A DNA stretch of 64,000 bases from positions 1-64,000 of the forward strand of contig JBKBYA010000011.1 in the NCBI GenBank assembly GCA_046313635.1, given 5' to 3'. Under the pieces are notes generated by a model that was not told the DNA's origin, searched no databases, and saw nothing but the letters and a program-made list of their open reading frames with translations. Positions 59,446 through 64,000 of the stretch are shown here, piece after piece (position 1 is the stretch's first letter; the number at the start of each line of letters is the position of its first letter). The stretch comes from Pyrinomonadaceae bacterium (GTDB lineage Bacteria > Acidobacteriota > Blastocatellia > Pyrinomonadales > Pyrinomonadaceae). The translations under genes were made by a program, and so were the position numbers.

Positions 59446-60609
59446 TCAGGCCTTCGATACAACTTCTCGACCAGCCGCAAAGCCATTCATTTCCTTCGCC
59501 GCCTTCTTCATCTGCTTTTCAAGACGCTTGATCTTGATCAGATGGCCCGGGTTGAAGGGCAGCGACGGGTAATAGCAGTTTGACTCGTGCGTGCAGTGGC
59601 AGCCGCCAGCGATCTCTTTGCGGCGGGCCTTCATCAGGTCGGACGTCCATGCAGCCTGGAAGTTCCAATCGTAATCGCGCAGATTCAAAACGTCGGCCTT
59701 GTTCTCGCACGACGACAGCGAACCCGTATCGTAGATCACCGCTCCGGCACTGCCGGCGTAGCATTTGAGCTGGGCCTTGTTCTCCTCTTTGGTCCTCGCG
59801 ATGACGTCGTGCATGTAGATGTCGACCGCGGCCTTGAAGATACCGGACTTGCCGCCGTAGTTATTTTTGAGCGCGGCATTCTTGGTGTCTTCGAGGATCA
59901 TGTGCGAAAGCTCGGCGTAGCGTTTGTGATCGAATTCGAGCTCCTTCGGGTCGGCCGACGGCGGGCGAATATAGTTGATGTTCACCTTATCGGGCTTGAG
60001 GTCGTACTTCAAGAAGTCGTACCAGTCGAAGATCGTATCTTCGTTCGAATGCATCACACAGGTACAGGTCTGGATGTCGAGCCGCGGGTACTGCTCGCGC
60101 TTCATCTGCTGCAGCGTGCGGGCAGTGTGGATCGCCTTGTCCCAGCTTCCCTCTTTGCGGCGGATCTTTTCGTGAGCGTCTTTCATCCCGTCTATGCCGA
60201 GTGCGACCGTGACGTTGAGATTCGGGCACTCGTCGAGAATGCGCGTCACATCCGGAAATATACGCTGGTGGATCTGGCCGTTCGACATCAGGTAGACCGA
60301 ATCGAGTTTGTTGTTCTCGTAAAAGGCCCGCACGATCTCAGGCAGGTCCTTGCGCGTGAATGGCTCGCCGCCGGCGAGTACGAGCACGCCGAGATTGCCG
60401 CCGAGCGTCTCCGATATGCGGGCGATCTCGTCCGCCTTCATCTGCAGCTTCTTGCGCGGCCTGTCGTCGAGCTCCTCGGTGAAAAAGCAATGCGTGCATC
60501 GCATATCGCAGACGCTCGTCACAAGGATATTCAGAAACACCGGCGAGATCGGCCGACCGACCACCATCGAGGCGTATCGCTTGAAAATTTCCTTTGTAGC
60601 AAAATCCAT
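59446..60609 (-). CDS. radical SAM protein with C-terminal SPASM/Twitch-like domain
   Basis: CDMRCTHC (CX3CX2C), GGEPF; C-terminal CYAG...G.LSSCE...CHCTHESNC. Confidence 0.9.
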   Translation of the reverse strand: MDFATKEIFKRYASMVVGRPISPVFLNILVTSVCDMRCTHCFFTEELDDRPRKKLQMKADEIARISETLGGNLGVLVLAGGEPFTRKDLPEIVRAFYENNKLDSVYLMSNGQIHQRIFPDVTRILDECPNLNVTVALGIDGMKDAHEKIRRKEGSWDKAIHTARTLQQMKREQYPRLDIQTCTCVMHSNEDTIFDWYDFLKYDLKPDKVNINYIRPPSADPKELEFDHKRYAELSHMILEDTKNAALKNNYGGKSGIFKAAVDIYMHDVIARTKEENKAQLKCYAGSAGAVIYDTGSLSSCENKADVLNLRDYDWNFQAAWTSDLMKARRKEIAGGCHCTHESNCYYPSLPFNPGHLIKIKRLEKQMKKAAKEMNGFAAGREVVSKA

Positions 60610-60851
60610 AATCGTGTCTATTTAGGGTGATCCGACCTGCGTTGGATGTAGCGGCGAGCCGCAACGTTTAACTTTATCTTATGCGTCTGCAATTACCAAT
60701 CAGGTCGCCCGCGGCAGCCGTCGCCGAGCGACGCAGGACAGGCTTGTGAAACATGTGCGTACTGGGTATCATATGCCGAATCTCTTACCGGCCGAGCGGC
60801 CTGATTAAGTTGTAACCCGTCTTTATTTTGAGTTTTCGAGGAGGACTACGA

Positions 60852-61754
60852 GTGAAACGAGTACTTTTGATCCTTGTCGCTGCTATCGCTGCAGCGTCTG
60901 CAGTCGGCTTTCAGAGCGATGCGATGGCTCCCGTTCCGAGGGCGGATAAGGGCGGCAATTCACCGTTCAAAGGCGAGCGATTCTGCCCGGTGAACCCGAG
61001 CCCGGAAGAGATTGCTTTGATGGAAAGCGACTTTTTGTCGCGTAAGGCCGATCGCGCTTCGTTTGGATCTGCCGACGACGTGACAGGTGGAACGATCAAT
61101 GTCTACTTCCACGTCATCACCAATACGGCGGGCGACGGCAATGTGAGCGATCAGCAGATCAGAGACCAAATGCAGGTGCTCAACAATGCTTATGCTCCGT
61201 GGGGCTGGGCTTTTAATCTAGTATCCACTTCGCGCACGGCCAACAACACTTGGTACACGGCGACCAACGGAACCACCGCCGAACGGCAGATGAAGGAGGC
61301 TCTCAGACAGGGCACGGCCGACGACCTCAACATTTACACCAACAACATGGGCGGCGGCCTGCTCGGCTGGGCGACGTTCCCGTCGAGCTACGCGAGCAAT
61401 CCAAAGAACGACGGCGTCGTAGTTCTTTACTCGTCGCTGCCCGGCGGTTCGGCCGCTCCGTACAATCTCGGTGACACCGCAACACACGAGGTCGGCCACT
61501 GGATGGGGCTTTATCACACATTTCAAGGCGGGTGCTCGAACTCGGGCGATCTGGTCAGCGATACTCCGGCCGAGCGCTCGCCGGCCTATGGCTGCCCGGT
61601 CGGTCGCGACAGCTGCTCGGGCCGCAAATATCCCGGACTCGATCCGATCGAGAATTTTATGGACTATACGGACGACGCATGCATGGACCAGTTCTCGGCC
61701 GGACAGGATTCGCGGATGGACGCGCAGTTCACGACGTACCGTTTCGGAAAGTAA
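60852..61754 (+). CDS. M43 (pappalysin/ulilysin-like) zinc metalloprotease, exported
   Basis: GGAGGA RBS and GTG start; [34 protein letters not shown] and NFMDY. Confidence 0.93.
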   Translation: MKRVLLILVAAIAAASAVGFQSDAMAPVPRADKGGNSPFKGERFCPVNPSPEEIALMESDFLSRKADRASFGSADDVTGGTINVYFHVITNTAGDGNVSDQQIRDQMQVLNNAYAPWGWAFNLVSTSRTANNTWYTATNGTTAERQMKEALRQGTADDLNIYTNNMGGGLLGWATFPSSYASNPKNDGVVVLYSSLPGGSAAPYNLGDTATHEVGHWMGLYHTFQGGCSNSGDLVSDTPAERSPAYGCPVGRDSCSGRKYPGLDPIENFMDYTDDACMDQFSAGQDSRMDAQFTTYRFGK

Positions 61755-61779
61755 CCGTTTCGGCAGGACACCACTCGGA

Positions 61780-61809
61780 GCGGGACCACGGCGTCCCGCT
61801 TTTTGTTTT
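61780..61809 (+). terminator. intrinsic terminator
   Basis: GCGGGAC-loop-GTCCCGC-TTTTTGTTTT. Confidence 0.75.
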
Positions 61810-61828
61810 ACTGCGATAGAATTCTCTT

Positions 61829-63004
61829 GTGTTTCGGAGGATCTATCTCGATAACGCAGCCACGACGCCGCTCGACCCGCGCGTGCTCGAGGCGATGATG
61901 CCGTACCTCACAGAAGATTTCGGCAACGCGTCGAGCATTCATTATTTTGGTCAGCGGGCCCGCGCGGCCGTCGACAAGGCCCGTCACGAGGTCGCGGACC
62001 TGATCAATTCGCGACCGAACGAGATCGTCTTTACCTCGGGCGGCACCGAGTCAAACAACCTCGCCGTTCGAGGTCTGCTGCAGGCTAACGCCAAATACGG
62101 CCGCCACATTATCGCCACCGCAATAGAGCATCCCGCGGTGCGTAATGTGCTTGAAGATCTTGAAAAGGACGGTGCGCAGGTCACCTTTCTCCCAGCGGCG
62201 ACGACCGGCGTGGTCAGCGTAGACGACCTGAGAGCGGCCATTCGTCAAGACACGGTCCTGATCACGGTGATGACGGCCAATAACGAGATCGGCACCCTTC
62301 AACCGGTCGACGAGATCGGCAAGATCGTGAGAGACCTGCGGTCGGCCGGCAAAAAGATCTGGTTTCATACCGATGCCGTCCAAGCGGCGGGCAAGATACG
62401 CCTGGATGTCGAAGAGATCGGCTGCGACCTGCTTTCGATCTCGGCCCACAAGATCTACGGGCCGAAAGGCGTCGGAGCGCTCTATGTCCGCCGGGGCACG
62501 AGGCTACATTCGCAGAATATCGGCGGCCGGCAGGAGCGCGGCATTCGGGGCGGGACCGAAGCGGTCGCTCCGATAGTCGGATTCGGAGCGGCCGCAAGGC
62601 TTGCGTCCGATGAGATCGATACGGAACCGCGACGGATCGCAGCACTACGCGACAGACTCGAGCGATCGATCCTTGAGTCGATCAGCGGGACTGCTGTCAA
62701 CGGCGACGTGACGCGCCGCCTGCCGAACATTACCAACATCTCGTTTGCGGGAGTCGAGGGCGAGGGACTGCTGATCAACCTGGATATTCGCGGGATCGCC
62801 GTTTCAACGGGATCGGCGTGCAGCTCGGGCTCTCTCGAGCCGTCACCGGTGATCAGGGCGCTCGGAGCGTCGGACCAGACGGCCCGGACGGCCATTCGAT
62901 TCAGCCTAGGTCGGCAAAACGTCGACGACGTCGAGATGATCCTTCAGCAGCTTTCGGAAGCGGTTGGCGACCTGCGGCGAATTTCGGCAGCGTCCTCGAA
63001 ATGA
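61829..63004 (+). CDS. cysteine desulfurase (IscS/NifS group I)
   Basis: IYLDNAATTP, FTSGGTESNN, HTDAVQA, SAHKIYGPKGVGAL and STGSACSS. Confidence 0.95.
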   Translation: MFRRIYLDNAATTPLDPRVLEAMMPYLTEDFGNASSIHYFGQRARAAVDKARHEVADLINSRPNEIVFTSGGTESNNLAVRGLLQANAKYGRHIIATAIEHPAVRNVLEDLEKDGAQVTFLPAATTGVVSVDDLRAAIRQDTVLITVMTANNEIGTLQPVDEIGKIVRDLRSAGKKIWFHTDAVQAAGKIRLDVEEIGCDLLSISAHKIYGPKGVGALYVRRGTRLHSQNIGGRQERGIRGGTEAVAPIVGFGAAARLASDEIDTEPRRIAALRDRLERSILESISGTAVNGDVTRRLPNITNISFAGVEGEGLLINLDIRGIAVSTGSACSSGSLEPSPVIRALGASDQTARTAIRFSLGRQNVDDVEMILQQLSEAVGDLRRISAASSK

Positions 63005-63033
63005 AAAAGCCCCGCCGAAAACTCGGCAGGGCT
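63005..63033 (-). terminator. intrinsic terminator of the repeat-peptide gene
   Basis: Minus strand AGCCCTGCCGAG-loop-CGGCGGGGCT-TTTT. Confidence 0.65.
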
Positions 63034-63071
63034 GCAGTGTGGAAACACCCTCCTCGGCGGCTTAGCCGCAA

Positions 63072-63371
63072 TTAATCGCTGATCAAGATCCCGTTATCGA
63101 CCTTGGTGCAGTCCGTGTCCGAATCGGCAGCACCGGCGACGATGATACCCGTGAAGCCGGCGACGATGATGCCCGTGAAGCCGGCGACGATGATGCCGGT
63201 GGCACCGGCGACGATGATACCGTTATCGACCTTTTCGTTTACGGTGCAAGCGTTCCCGCTGGCATCGTCCGTTAGCCCGGCAACGATGATGCCGTCACCG
63301 GCGAAAGTAGAACCGACAAGAAGGATCGACGAGAGGACTGTGGCGGCCAGAAAGTTACGAACGTTTTTCAT
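63072..63371 (-). CDS. small secreted protein (99 aa) with six GIIVAG repeats
   Basis: AGGAGA RBS, ATG 63371, signal peptide ending STFA; GIIVAG x6 plus terminal GILISD; 24-bp DNA tandem repeats at ~63135-63225. Confidence 0.85.
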   Translation of the reverse strand: MKNVRNFLAATVLSSILLVGSTFAGDGIIVAGLTDDASGNACTVNEKVDNGIIVAGATGIIVAGFTGIIVAGFTGIIVAGAADSDTDCTKVDNGILISD

Positions 63372-63430
63372 TTTTTCTCTTCTCCTGCAAAGTTTTGGAA
63401 GCGTTTGCTCCGTGTTCGCAGTACCCTTTC

Positions 63431-63486
63431 TCAACGGACGTGCCACGCAAGGCCGACGGGGCTGGCGAGTTTGTAACTCGTTGATC
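63431..63486 (-). promoter_or_regulatory. possible sigma54 promoter with adjacent IHF-like site
   Basis: Minus strand TGGCACG-TCCG-TTGA (63445-63431; -12 is GA rather than GC) and GATCAA-CGAG-TTA ~30 bp upstream (IHF consensus WATCAA-N4-TTR). Confidence 0.4.
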
Positions 63487-63764
63487 TAGCAGTACATATC
63501 TCGACGACGAAGTGACGAGCTCGTTCTGTTAGGCAATCTTGATTGTGGATACCCAATTAACACCGCCATCGCACAGTTCTCTTAAACCTCCGGTTTTCAA
63601 TAAGTTGCTCGCCTGATTACTTGATAGCCACTTCAGGGCTGTAACTTTTGTATCCATCCGAGCTCTGTTTTTTAGCTGGAAATGAAATTATTGGCCGTGT
63701 TAAACTTGTTTTGACCTACCCTCCGCGCTTTCATTAGGTCCCTCCGCTGATCGTTCCTCTCCAT

Positions 63765-64000
63765 ATGTTGCAAAGGCGATTTGCCGAACCTTCAAAGTAT
63801 GCGCTGATCGCGATCGGTGTCGCGACGTTGTCGTTCGCAGCCTATAAGTTTGAGAGAACAGACCTCACCCTCGGCCTCCTGGCCCTAGCCCTATTCTCCG
63901 TTGCGGTCGTCCCGCACTTGAGTCTCACGCTGCCGCGTTCGCGCTTTGCCATCAGTTTTTCGGATGCCGTTATTCTCGTTGCTTTTCTCATCTACGGCTG
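63765..64000 (+). CDS. 5' part of a polytopic membrane protein, possibly the sensor domain of a signalling protein (runs off window)
   Basis: Manual translation MLQRRFAEPSKYALIAIGVATLSFAAYKFERTDLTLGLLALALFSVAVVPHLSLTLPRSRFAISFSDAVILVAFLIYG..., three hydrophobic segments, no stop. Confidence 0.7.
   Translation, partial: MLQRRFAEPSKYALIAIGVATLSFAAYKFERTDLTLGLLALALFSVAVVPHLSLTLPRSRFAISFSDAVILVAFLIYG

Overview
A 64 kb GC-rich chromosomal segment, most likely from an Acidobacteriota (Blastocatellia/Pyrinomonadaceae-like) bacterium. This is inferred from my reading of the 16S 5' end and from the VWA, FG-GAP and FecR-type gene content. It starts with the 5' part of a 16S rRNA gene (minus strand, consensus promoter) and a tRNA-Gly(CCC). 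Core genes follow: kdsB-pyrG-kdsA-(M1-like/TPR)-kdsC, nuoI, sucD/ndk, two MacB/FtsX permeases, etfB/etfA, yceD-rpmF-fabH-fabD-acpP-fabF, pyrD, pyrR-pyrB-pyrC, RluA-family synthase, glnE, several peptidases, a ferritin-like gene, a glycosyltransferase/radical SAM pair and a cysteine desulfurase. No CRISPR array, integrase or transposase was seen. Most notable observations: (1) a two-gene basic/acidic toxin-antitoxin-like cassette between pyrB and pyrC, bounded by a synonymously diverged second copy of the pyrB 3' end; (2) inverted heptamer-repeat arrays at three intercistronic junctions, one holding a four-helix-bundle gene and two empty, spilling into FabD and PyrB coding sequence; (3) two tandem monocistronic low-complexity lipoproteins sharing a C-terminal HSNTNK, candidate Braun-lipoprotein analogues; (4) a secreted 99-aa peptide with six GIIVAG repeats divergent from a membrane protein gene; (5) a promoter- and terminator-bounded ~200-nt sRNA candidate next to a ~100-bp-periodic motif; (6) a frameshifted pyrC and a head-to-head double truncation of two secreted-protein genes. 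All calls are by eye from sequence; no database searches were run.
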